A stretch of 23,122 nucleotides of DNA from a virus (lineage: Duplodnaviria; Heunggongvirae; Uroviricota; Caudoviricetes): positions 1-23,122 of IMG/VR virus record IMGVR_UViG_2690316210_000010, one strand, 5' to 3'. Positions 1 to 6,935 of this stretch are shown here, one piece after another. Below the pieces are notes generated by a model. It had not been told where the DNA came from. It did not search any database and saw only the letters and a program-made list of their open reading frames with translations. Position numbers and translations under genes: made by a program. How positions within the stretch are numbered: position 1 is the stretch's first letter; every line of letters begins with the position of its first letter.

Positions 1-235
1 ATTCAGCATCCCAGGAATCGAGGGCAGGGCGGGGTATACCAGGTTTATCCTCGCAGACAATAAATTTATAAGCGCAGTCCTGAGCAGCCGGATAATGTTC
101 CAGGAATTGCCAGTGAAATTTTGCGCGGGCGCGGCGTTCGTCGCCGGCTTCAATGGCAGTGGCTACAGGTTTAGCGCCTTCTTCTTTTGTTGCCTTTTCG
201 TCCGGAATGGCGGCGCAAATAAAGACTTTACTCAT
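1..235 (-). CDS. Prophage early-left-operon hypothetical protein, 5' portion only (gene runs off the window start); paralog of 8697..9095, possibly YdfE-like by position
   Basis: Minus-strand ATG at 233-235; about 88% nucleotide identity to 8866-9095; encodes the N-terminus MSKVFICAAIPDEQ... by paralogy. Family not recognised. Confidence 0.5.
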   Translation of the reverse strand, partial: MSKVFICAAIPDEKATKEEGAKPVATAIEAGDERRARAKFHWQFLEHYPAAQDCAYKFIVCEDKPGIPRPALDSWDAE

Positions 236-328
236 TTTGTTTTAACCTCATTACAGATTTAAGGGTGAACAAATCCCTGCCATTGCTGGCATATAAAAAT
301 GAAACCGGATATTTATTACGTGGCTGCT

Positions 329-520
329 TTAAAGACCTGCCGGGACTTCTTTATTATCCTGGTGAATGATTTTATCAACCGGATAACAGTTACCGGGAAT
401 TTTCTGTTCAGCTGCAGCAGCCACGCATTCTTTCATGGAGTTGTATACTCCGGTAACCAGTTCAGCTGGTTCGCCCGTATTAAGAATAACGGTCAGAACG
501 AGTGCAAATGCTGTATTCAT
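329..520 (-). CDS. Small membrane/secreted protein immediately downstream of dicB (YdfD-like by position and length, 63 aa)
   Basis: Start chosen at MNTAFALV (ATG 518-520) overlapping the dicB stop in an ATGA motif, AAGGA Shine-Dalgarno upstream; hydrophobic N-terminus; paralog of 9191..9379. Confidence 0.5.
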   Translation of the reverse strand: MNTAFALVLTVILNTGEPAELVTGVYNSMKECVAAAAEQKIPGNCYPVDKIIHQDNKEVPAGL

Positions 521-705
521 CGCCAGCATCCTTTTTGCATCAGACGCAAACGAGCCAGCATTGAAACAATGCATATTTTATTTAATGACTCCCGTTCGTG
601 TTTTCTCTTGTTAATGGCATCTTCAGTAAATACAGGGTTACTGATAGTGACACCAATTTCAAAACAACCTTCAGACGTATTAACGTTTGGTAATAACGTT
701 TCCAT
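517..705 (-). CDS. dicB: Cell division inhibitor DicB (62 aa)
   Basis: Translation METLLPNVNTSEGCFEIGVTISNPVFTEDAINKRK... matches my recollection of E. coli Qin DicB; GAGGA Shine-Dalgarno upstream; sits downstream of a DicF-like sRNA as in the K-12 dicB operon. Confidence 0.8.
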   Translation of the reverse strand: METLLPNVNTSEGCFEIGVTISNPVFTEDAINKRKHERESLNKICIVSMLARLRLMQKGCWR

Positions 706-715
706 TATCGCGTCC

Positions 716-1273
716 TCAACAATGAATTTTGAGTAATTGCTCTACAGTCATATTTTTAATTGCGCCCCGGTTAACAAGAGTCCATCCCTGTTCTTCCAGA
801 TAAAACCGGAAAGTCTCCATGGTACAGACCCGTGCGCCATCAGGAACGGTTTCGGTGAATCTGATGTTGCCGCGTTCGTCGAAGTGAACAACCAGGGTGC
901 GGCCATCGCCTGGAATTATTTTGTCAGTGGGTGGGGTGTTATTCTGGCGCAGTTCGGCCTCCATGCGATCGAACTCAGCAATGTAGGCTTCTTTAAATGC
1001 AGCGGCTTTTTTGCCAGTGAATCCCATCACCAGGAAAACGAAGCCGTTTTTGGTGATTTGGTACATCGGGCGTTTTTCGCCTTTGGCGTCAGTGTAGGTG
1101 ACGTCCTCAAAATTGAGGGCGTTAAATTCAGGTGAGCATTCAGTATTTGCGATGGCACGTAACACATTGTCGTGACGCTTGCCAAAGAACTCTGCGATCG
1201 CAATAGACGTAGTGACAGCGCGACCATTTTCGATGGTTACGTCAGGGTGAGAAAGGGCAGGGATAGTAGCCAT
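716..1273 (-). CDS. Rha-family phage regulatory protein (antirepressor-like)
   Basis: Start set at MATIPALSHPDVTIENGRAVTTSIAIAEFFGKRHDNVLRAI with GAGGA Shine-Dalgarno; this N-terminal motif is typical of Rha/ORF6N proteins. The ORF track extends to 1570 but that extension overlaps the conserved DicF-flanking repeat. Gene is absent at the equivalent position of P2. Confidence 0.65.
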   Translation of the reverse strand: MATIPALSHPDVTIENGRAVTTSIAIAEFFGKRHDNVLRAIANTECSPEFNALNFEDVTYTDAKGEKRPMYQITKNGFVFLVMGFTGKKAAAFKEAYIAEFDRMEAELRQNNTPPTDKIIPGDGRTLVVHFDERGNIRFTETVPDGARVCTMETFRFYLEEQGWTLVNRGAIKNMTVEQLLKIHC

Positions 1274-1512
1274 GATGGCATCCTCGAGTGATAAGTTAAT
1301 TAACTCACCACCGAGGTTTTCCACGACCATAAGGGTGGTGAGACGTACAGGGGTGGAAATACCGGTCACTCGAGAACCCGGCCAGTCTTGCGACTGCCCT
1401 GCACATCCCACCATAATTTGAATGGAGCTGTGCATTACGCATAAAAAAACCGCTTCAGCGCGGCTATGCGCTCGAGTAACGTTCGGGTTTCCACGCCCGG
1501 CACCCGTTTTAT

Positions 1513-1810
1513 AAGGTGCAGGTGCACTATAATTCCACCCGTTCTGGTTTTCAATAGCTACATTCAACATTTTCTCTTTCCTTTCATCACCGAAGTGAAC
1601 TTTGTTGATGCGGTGCCTGGTGCCTCCAGGTGACGTTAACCAGTTAACAATTAACGCCGGATACAGGGAAACCCATAACCACCCGATACGGGGGAACTAA
1701 TCGCTTTTTAACTGTGCCGCGTGCGCTGAGCCGCATTCACCGCATCACAAAATTCACTTTAAAAAGGGCGGACATCAGCCAGCAATTAAACCGATGCCGC
1801 CAACTGGTAC
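1513..1810. repeat. Direct repeat copy 1 (~300 bp: dicF-dicB intergenic region plus DicF-like gene); near-identical to 3599..3895
   Basis: Visible alignment of 1513-1806 with 3599-3890 with only a few mismatches, diverging at the DicF 5' end; a third, more diverged copy lies at 9590-9800. Confidence 0.8.
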
Positions 1811-1816
1811 TTCACA
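1761..1816 (-). ncRNA. DicF-family sRNA variant (P0)
   Basis: Minus-strand sequence ends ...GGCGGCAUCGGUUUAAUUGCUGGCUGAUGUCCGCCCUUUUU, keeping the DicF GGCGG..CCGCC terminator and U-tail, but the 5' and internal sequence differ from canonical DicF. Ends are approximate. Confidence 0.4.
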
Positions 1817-1879
1817 CAGCAATGTCGTTATTTACAACCGGAGGCGCACTCCCACCATTTAAATTTAACAGACAAGACC

Positions 1880-2517
1880 GGTGATGCTGCCAACTTACTG
1901 ATTTAGTGTATGATGGTGTTTTTGAGGTGCTCCAGTGGCTTCTGTTTCTATCAGCTGTCCCTCCTGTTCAGCTACTGACGGGGTGGTGCGTAACGGCAAA
2001 AGCACTGCCGGACATCAGCGCTATCTCTGCTCTCACTGCCGTAAAACATGGCAACTGCAGTTCACTTACACCGCTTCTCAACCCGGTACGCACCAGAAAA
2101 TCATTGATATGGCCATGAATGGCGTTGGATGCCGGGCAACTGCACGCATTATGGGCGTTGGCCTCAACACGATTTTACGTCACTTAAAAAACTCAGGCCG
2201 CAGTCGGTAACCTCGCGCATACAGCCGGGCAGTGACGTCATCGTCTGCGCGGAAATGGACGAACAGTGGGGCTATGTCGGGGCTAAATCGCGCCAGCGCT
2301 GGCTGTTTTACGCGTATGACAGTCTCCGGAAGACGGTTGTTGCGCACGTATTCGGTGAACGCACTATGGCGACGCTGGGGCGTCTTATGAGCCTGCTGTC
2401 ACCCTTTGACGTGGTGATATGGATGACGGATGGCTGGCCGCTGTATGAATCCCGCCTGAAGGGAAAGCTGCACGTAATCAGCAAGCGATATACGCAGCGA
2501 ATTGAGCGGCATAACCT
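1880..2517 (+). mobile_element. IS1, 3'-truncated (left inverted repeat through mid-insB)
   Basis: Begins with the IS1 terminal repeat GGTGATGCTGCCAACTTACTGATTTAGTGTATGATGG; insA and insB recognisable; IS1 sequence stops after ...GAGCGGCATAACCT, where IS3-family sequence takes over. Confidence 0.85.
1935..2210 (+). CDS. insA: IS1 InsA
   Basis: 91-aa translation [42 protein letters not shown]... matches IS1 InsA. Confidence 0.9.
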
Positions 2518-2701
2518 TTTAGGACAATGGGTTACCGCCGCCAGAAAAGGGCTCGGTACTCCTGGTTCCCGCACGGTGGCTGAACTGGAATCTGAAATTC
2601 TGCAACTGCGTAAGGCGTTAAATGAAGCTCGCCTTGAGCGAGATATATTAAAAAAAGCAACAGCGTATTTTGCACAGGAGTCGCTGAAAAATACGCGTTA
2701 A
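2129..2701 (+). pseudogene. insB: Chimeric ORF: IS1 InsB (first ~129 aa) fused in frame to the C-terminal ~60 aa of an IS3-family OrfA
   Basis: Translation follows InsB up to ...[14 protein letters not shown], then continues [60 protein letters not shown], a typical IS3-family OrfA C-terminus. Confidence 0.75.
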
Positions 2702-3598
2702 TCGAACAATGGCGACAACAATTTCCCATTGAAGCGATGTGTCAGGTATTTGGTGTATCCAGGAGCGGTTATTACAACTGGGTACAGCATGAACCCTCAG
2801 ACAGAAAACAAAGTGATGAGCGGCTAAAACTGGAGATTAAGGTGGCACATATCCGCACTCGCGAAACATATGGAACCCGGCGGCTCCAGACGGAGCTGGC
2901 AGAGAATGGCATCATCGTTGGTCGTGACCGACTGGCACGTCTTCGTAAGGAGCTAAGGCTACGCTGTAAGCAGAAACGCAAGTTCAGAGCGACTACGAAC
3001 TCGAACCACAATCTGCCAGTTGCGCCAAATCTGCTGAACCAGACGTTCGCTCCTACAGCACCAAATCAGGTCTGGGTGGCGGACCTGACGTATGTTGCCA
3101 CACAGGAGGGATGGTTGTACCTCGCTGGCATCAAAGATGTTTATACGTGCGAAATTGTCGGCTACGCCATGGGAGAGCGCATGACAAAAGAGCTGACAGG
3201 TAAAGCCCTGTTTATGGCGCTCAGGAGCCAGCGCCCACCTGCCGGGCTAATCCACCACTCTGATCGAGGTTCACAGTACTGCGCATACGATTACCGGGTC
3301 ATACAGGAGCAGTCTGGTCTGAAAACATCAATGTCGCGTAAAGGTAACTGTTACGACAACGCTCCGATGGAAAGCTTCTGGGGAACGCTGAAAAATGAGA
3401 GCCTGAGCCACTATCGTTTTAATAACCGGGATGAAGCCATCTCAGTAATACGGGAATACATTGAGATTTTCTACAATCGTCAGCGTCGTCACTCTCGTCT
3501 GGGGAATATCTCCCCGGCAGCCTTCAGGGAAAAATATCATCAGATGGCTGCTTAAAAAAAGAACAAATGGTAGTGTCCGCTATTGCCAGTACACCTCA
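2518..3598 (+). mobile_element. IS3-family element (IS600/IS911-like), 5'-truncated, right end intact
   Basis: OrfA C-terminus, A-run slippery motif near 2647-2656, OrfB in the -1 frame, and a right end ...GTACACCTCA consistent with an IS3-family terminal CA. Exact IS name not verified. Confidence 0.7.
2737..3555 (+). CDS. IS3-family transposase OrfB (DDE catalytic domain); coordinates are the first in-frame ATG, natively expressed by -1 frameshift from OrfA
   Basis: 272-aa translation with DDE-transposase hallmarks (...WVADLTYV..., ...HHSDRGSQYCA..., ...CYDNAPMESFWGTLK...). Confidence 0.8.
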   Translation: MCQVFGVSRSGYYNWVQHEPSDRKQSDERLKLEIKVAHIRTRETYGTRRLQTELAENGIIVGRDRLARLRKELRLRCKQKRKFRATTNSNHNLPVAPNLLNQTFAPTAPNQVWVADLTYVATQEGWLYLAGIKDVYTCEIVGYAMGERMTKELTGKALFMALRSQRPPAGLIHHSDRGSQYCAYDYRVIQEQSGLKTSMSRKGNCYDNAPMESFWGTLKNESLSHYRFNNRDEAISVIREYIEIFYNRQRRHSRLGNISPAAFREKYHQMAA

Positions 3599-3895
3599 AA
3601 GGTGCAGGTGCACTATAATTCCACCCGTTCTGGTTTTCAATAGCTACATTCAACATTTTCTCTTTCCTTTCATCACCGAAGTGAACTTTGTTGATGCGGT
3701 GCCTGGTGCCTCCAGGTGACGTTAACCAGTTAACAATTAACGCCGGATACAGGGAAACCCATAACCACCCGATACGGGGGAACTAATCGCTTTTTAACTG
3801 TGCCGCGTGCGCTGAGCCGCATTCACCGCATCACAAAATTCACTTTAAAAAGGGCGGACATCAGCCAGCAATGAAACTGATGCCGCCAAAGGTAC
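3599..3895. repeat. Direct repeat copy 2 (dicF-dicB intergenic region plus DicF-like gene), abutting the IS3-family right end
   Basis: Aligns with 1513-1810; starts immediately after the IS3-family terminus. Confidence 0.8.
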
Positions 3896-3902
3896 CAATC
3901 AA
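3847..3902 (-). ncRNA. DicF-family sRNA variant (P1)
   Basis: Minus strand reads UUGGUACCUUUGGCGGCAUCAGUUUCAUUGCUGGCUGAUGUCCGCCCUUUUU: DicF-like terminator and U-tail with a divergent 5' region. Ends approximate. Confidence 0.4.
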
Positions 3903-4087
3903 CATGGAGTGTTGTGGCGTGGTTGTCACTTAAGCGTATGGTCAACCTGACAACCCGGTGTCCTCAACGGGGAAGGAATAACTCCGCCATACTTACCGCC
4001 GCGTCATTTCGCGTTGTGTGCCTGCTTTTAACCACGTCAGGCGAGGTGGTATCCTTCTTATCCCGAATAACCAAGAAGGAAATCTAT

Positions 4088-4288
4088 ATGACTAAAGAAG
4101 AATTTGTCTCTTATATTTTTGATAAAACGGTTGAAATGTATGCCGCTACTTACGGGTCCTGTAATCCTCTGAATAAACCAGAGGGAAAAGATGATTTCGA
4201 CAAAATTTACCGCTTCTTGGAGGACCGCTATATCAAAAGCTTAGAGGACGCAGGGATCAAATCCCCAGTGAAGTCACCATTGTCCTGA
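4088..4288 (+). CDS. Hypothetical small protein (66 aa) in the variable cassette, antisense to the dicB operon
   Basis: ATG at 4088 with AAGGA Shine-Dalgarno; 3' end overlaps the convergent gene 4257..4634 by 32 nt; no homolog recognised; P2 has an unrelated gene at the same position. Confidence 0.4.
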   Translation: MTKEEFVSYIFDKTVEMYAATYGSCNPLNKPEGKDDFDKIYRFLEDRYIKSLEDAGIKSPVKSPLS

Positions 4289-4634
4289 GAACTTGCAGAA
4301 CGTCATGATCATAACTTCCATCCAAACCGCGACGGCGAATTGCTTCTCGTATTACCGGAAGCAGTTCGCTGGAAATCTCGGTGCATATTTCACCTGATAA
4401 TACGCTTGGCTCAAGTGAGAATATTGGTGAACTTACGGTCTTGGTCTCGACAGTTTCAGAGTCAGTGCCAACATTATAAAGCTCAACGAAAGCGGTCTTG
4501 ATTTTCCGGGCCAGATCTTTTGCTGGCTCGCTTGCAATATCTTTCCCGATTTCTCGCAGCACAGAATGCAATGTATGAGCTGCTGTTTTCTGTACATCAG
4601 ACGGTAAATCTTTAAATTCCATCGTCAGCCTCAT
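4257..4634 (-). CDS. Hypothetical protein (125 aa), variable-cassette gene translationally coupled to the ydfA-like gene
   Basis: Start ATG overlaps the upstream stop (TGATG); first 11 aa MRLTMEFKDLP are identical to the P2 gene 10374..10787, after which the proteins are unrelated. Confidence 0.5.
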   Translation of the reverse strand: MRLTMEFKDLPSDVQKTAAHTLHSVLREIGKDIASEPAKDLARKIKTAFVELYNVGTDSETVETKTVSSPIFSLEPSVLSGEICTEISSELLPVIREAIRRRGLDGSYDHDVLQVLRTMVTSLGI

Positions 4635-4786
4635 CAGTCAGTGTTTCTGGCTAACCAGCAACGCGCGCCAGATTCGGTTTTAAACGTTTTGCTTTTGGTA
4701 TACGTCATGGCGGTAAACGTTCCATCCTGGTTAGGGAACACGCCGCACACCAGAGATTCGTTGTTGCCAAGATCGATAGTATCCAT
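4634..4786 (-). CDS. YdfA/YdaF-like small protein (~50 aa)
   Basis: MDTIDLGNNESLVCGVFPNQDGTFTAMTYTKSKTFKTE... with GAGG Shine-Dalgarno; first gene after the repressor-side promoter, as ydfA/ydaF in Qin/Rac; near-identical paralog at 10787..10939. Confidence 0.6.
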   Translation of the reverse strand: MDTIDLGNNESLVCGVFPNQDGTFTAMTYTKSKTFKTESGARCWLARNTD

Positions 4787-4966
4787 GCTGACCTCATTTC
4801 CCCTTAACGCCGGGGTGGCGGAACAAAAAACCTGCTGCATAGTTAAAGATTGAACCCTGCCGTCATGTTCTTACGCCTCGGGCTGGCTACTTAACCCCTG
4901 ACCACTGTCTGGTAACTCGAAGTATTGCCCTGCATTCTGTGGGGCGGGGTGGGTTGACGCCTGAAA

Positions 4967-5008
4967 CAATAGCATCATTATTTTTTGATGTAAATAGCAT
5001 CGCTATTG
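4967..5008. promoter_or_regulatory. Operator-like inverted repeats (OL-like) of the P1 immunity region
   Basis: AATAGCATCGCTATT (perfect inverted repeat) and a degenerate copy AATAGCATCATTATT; same motif recurs beside the repressor start at 6103-6143. Confidence 0.45.
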
Positions 5009-5024
5009 TTTTTGTTGGGGCAAG

Positions 5025-5050
5025 AAAAAACCACCCTAAGGTGGTTCTGT
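5025..5050 (-). terminator. Rho-independent terminator after the repressor-antitoxin-toxin operon
   Basis: Minus strand reads AACCACC-TTAG-GGTGGTT followed by TTTTTT, just downstream of the ParE-like gene. Confidence 0.6.
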
Positions 5051-5062
5051 CGGCGGGAATAA

Positions 5063-5353
5063 TTAACTGTTTTTGCCTGGATACTGTCTTCGAGAATGCA
5101 CAATATTTACTACTTCTATGCTTGATGCTGTTACTCGGTAAAGGATGATGTAGTTAGGATGAGTTACAATTTCACGAAGACCAAGAACTCGCTCGCTTGG
5201 AGGATACAGGTAAGGATGCTCTGTGAGCGGCAAAACGGATGTTTCAATTCGAATTTTCATTCTGCGTGCTGCCGCGGGATTTTCTTTAGCTATGTAGGCT
5301 ACGATCTGGCGCAAATCATCACGAGCAGATGGTAGCCATAAAACGGGTAACAT
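5063..5353 (-). CDS. ParE/RelE-superfamily type II toxin
   Basis: 96-aa translation MLPVLWLPSARDDLRQIVAYIAKENPAAARRMKIRIE...YIILYRVTASSIEVVNIVHSRRQYP fits the ParE pattern; start overlaps the upstream antitoxin stop (TAATG). Confidence 0.7.
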   Translation of the reverse strand: MLPVLWLPSARDDLRQIVAYIAKENPAAARRMKIRIETSVLPLTEHPYLYPPSERVLGLREIVTHPNYIILYRVTASSIEVVNIVHSRRQYPGKNS

Positions 5354-5547
5354 TATTCACCTCTGTGAGTTGCAGCAGCAATTTGGGCAATAATTTGTTC
5401 CATTTCCGCCATTACCTCATCATGCGGAATCGCCGGGCGGGGATCCGCGAGGCTTGCTGCTACTTTGGCCCGCAGCCATTCGTTGTAACTATTTTCTTGC
5501 TCAACTGTCTCAAATTCTGAAACCATTGGGGAAAGGACTGTACTCAT
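5353..5547 (-). CDS. Type II antitoxin (ParD/CC2985-like) paired with the ParE-like toxin
   Basis: 64-aa acidic protein ...YNEWLRAKVAASLADPRPAIPHDEVMAEMEQII...; AGGAG Shine-Dalgarno; translationally coupled upstream of the toxin. Confidence 0.55.
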   Translation of the reverse strand: MSTVLSPMVSEFETVEQENSYNEWLRAKVAASLADPRPAIPHDEVMAEMEQIIAQIAAATHRGE

Positions 5548-5566
5548 TTTACATATCTCCTCTGAT

Positions 5567-6067
5567 TTAGGCGCGACGGCCTTTTTGTGCAGCTAACCAC
5601 CGCGCAACCGTACGATCCATTGATTCTTTTTTATCTTTCATCTCCTGAAGCATGTGTTCTTGATCTTCTTTCGGAAAAGCTCTGAACGTATGGATTAAAT
5701 CTCGTTCCATCGGCTCTACGGCAAACGGTAGTTCATCCTCTGTTTGTTCTGTGTCTGCTGGTAATGCGACTATGTTATCTTGCTGTGGTTCTCGACAATA
5801 CATCCTTGCAATTTGCAGCAAATCTACCATGTCTGGCCTGATTGACTCAGGGGGAACTTTCAGTAAGCCAGCAAACTTTAGTACAGCCTCAAGGTTTAGT
5901 GGGGTTTGACCATTTAGGTAGTGACTTACCGCCCCTTGTGTTGAAAACCCCATAATTTCCGCCGCACGTTCCTGAGTCAATCCCAACTGAGATTTCTTTG
6001 CCATCCAGATTTCTTTCAGTCTTCTGGCGGCGTTGAGGTCGGTGTCTGACAATGATTTTCTTTTCAT
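5567..6067 (-). CDS. CI-like HTH repressor without a recognisable S24 peptidase domain
   Basis: Start chosen at MKRKSLSDTDLNAARRLKEIWMAKKSQLGLTQERAAEIMGF..., which resembles the lambda CI N-terminal domain; the C-terminus shows no Ser/Lys peptidase motif; divergent from the Cro-like gene. Confidence 0.7.
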   Translation of the reverse strand: MKRKSLSDTDLNAARRLKEIWMAKKSQLGLTQERAAEIMGFSTQGAVSHYLNGQTPLNLEAVLKFAGLLKVPPESIRPDMVDLLQIARMYCREPQQDNIVALPADTEQTEDELPFAVEPMERDLIHTFRAFPKEDQEHMLQEMKDKKESMDRTVARWLAAQKGRRA

Positions 6068-6080
6068 ACATCCAATTCTA

Positions 6081-6146
6081 ATAAGATTGCTAATCACTTT
6101 GAAATAGCATCACTATTTACTTTTAAAAATAACAGTGCTATTAATT
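6081..6146. promoter_or_regulatory. OR-like operator/promoter region between the divergent repressor and Cro-like genes (P1)
   Basis: Operator repeats AATAGCATCACTATT (6103-6117) and AATAACAGTGCTATT (6129-6143); candidate rightward promoter -35 TTTACT (6116-6121), 17-bp spacer, -10 TATTAA (6139-6144). Confidence 0.45.
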
Positions 6147-6178
6147 ATGCATTGGTAACACATCACATAGGGCGGATT

Positions 6179-6442
6179 ATGAATCTTGGAGAATATTTGC
6201 ATCATTTTCATATAACCCAGAGTTCATTTGCTGAGATTGTTGGCGCATCCCAAGGGATGGTCAGCCACGTTATAACGGGGCGTGCAAAACTTACAGGAGA
6301 AAAAATATTACGTTGGTGTGAAGCAACGGGATGGGTGGTGACCCCACATGAGATTGACAGTAAAACCTACCCCAACCCAACTGACGGCTTGCCTGCTGAG
6401 TTTCAGGCTAACACACAACCATCGGCGGGGGTTGATTCATGA
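6179..6442 (+). CDS. Cro/YdaS-like HTH regulator
   Basis: MNLGEYLHHFHITQSSFAEIVGASQGMVSHVITGRAKLTGEKILRWCEATGW...; divergent from the repressor; stop overlaps the next gene start. Confidence 0.6.
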   Translation: MNLGEYLHHFHITQSSFAEIVGASQGMVSHVITGRAKLTGEKILRWCEATGWVVTPHEIDSKTYPNPTDGLPAEFQANTQPSAGVDS

Positions 6443-6864
6443 AAATCAAGCATGAACACATCCGCATGGCGATGAAAGCCTGGGCGCATCCGGACGGTGA
6501 AAAAGTTCCGGCAGCTGAAATAACCAGGGTTTATTTCGAACTGGGAATGACGTTTCCGGTTCTGCATAACGACAGCAAGCACAACACGCTTTATCTCAAC
6601 ACCCAAAAGATTTTCCGTTGGCTGGATAAAGACACCCCTGACGCTGTTGAAAAAATTCAGGCGTTGTTACCTGCGATCGAAAGGGCAATGCCACCTCCGC
6701 TGGTGGCTCGAATGCGCAGCCACAGTTCAGCTTATTTTCGGGAACTGGTGGAGACGCATGAACGACTGGTGAGAGACGCTGATGATTTTGTCGCAGTGGC
6801 AATCGCCGGTTTCAATCAGATGAACCGTGGTGGCCCGGCAGGAAATGCTGTGGCAGTACATTGA
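6439..6864 (+). CDS. YdaT-like protein (141 aa)
   Basis: MKIKHEHIRMAMKAWAHPDGEK...; position after the Cro/YdaS-like gene and length match Rac YdaT; paralog at 11990..12415. Confidence 0.6.
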   Translation: MKIKHEHIRMAMKAWAHPDGEKVPAAEITRVYFELGMTFPVLHNDSKHNTLYLNTQKIFRWLDKDTPDAVEKIQALLPAIERAMPPPLVARMRSHSSAYFRELVETHERLVRDADDFVAVAIAGFNQMNRGGPAGNAVAVH

Positions 6865-6935
6865 CTGACAATAGCCATATCGAATCGCTCCCGGCAACTC
6901 GTGAGTAAAAAGATTCGGTATCAGAAGAGGTGAGT

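Noticed and set aside
299-736. 145-aa plus-strand ORF across the dicB/ydfD-like region (and 737..1135 across Rha)
   Set aside because: Antisense to genes with recognisable products and coupled starts; no ribosome-binding site.
1274-1570. N-terminal extension of the Rha ORF (the track gives 716..1570)
   Set aside because: The extension overlaps the conserved dicF-dicB intergenic repeat and terminator-like sequence; the Rha-typical N-terminus begins at the internal ATG 1273, which has a Shine-Dalgarno.
5031-5046. Palindrome ACCACCCTAAGGTGGT considered as a repressor operator
   Set aside because: It is followed by a T-run on the minus strand directly after the toxin gene, so it fits a rho-independent terminator; the operator consensus in this region is AATAGC-N3-GCTATT.
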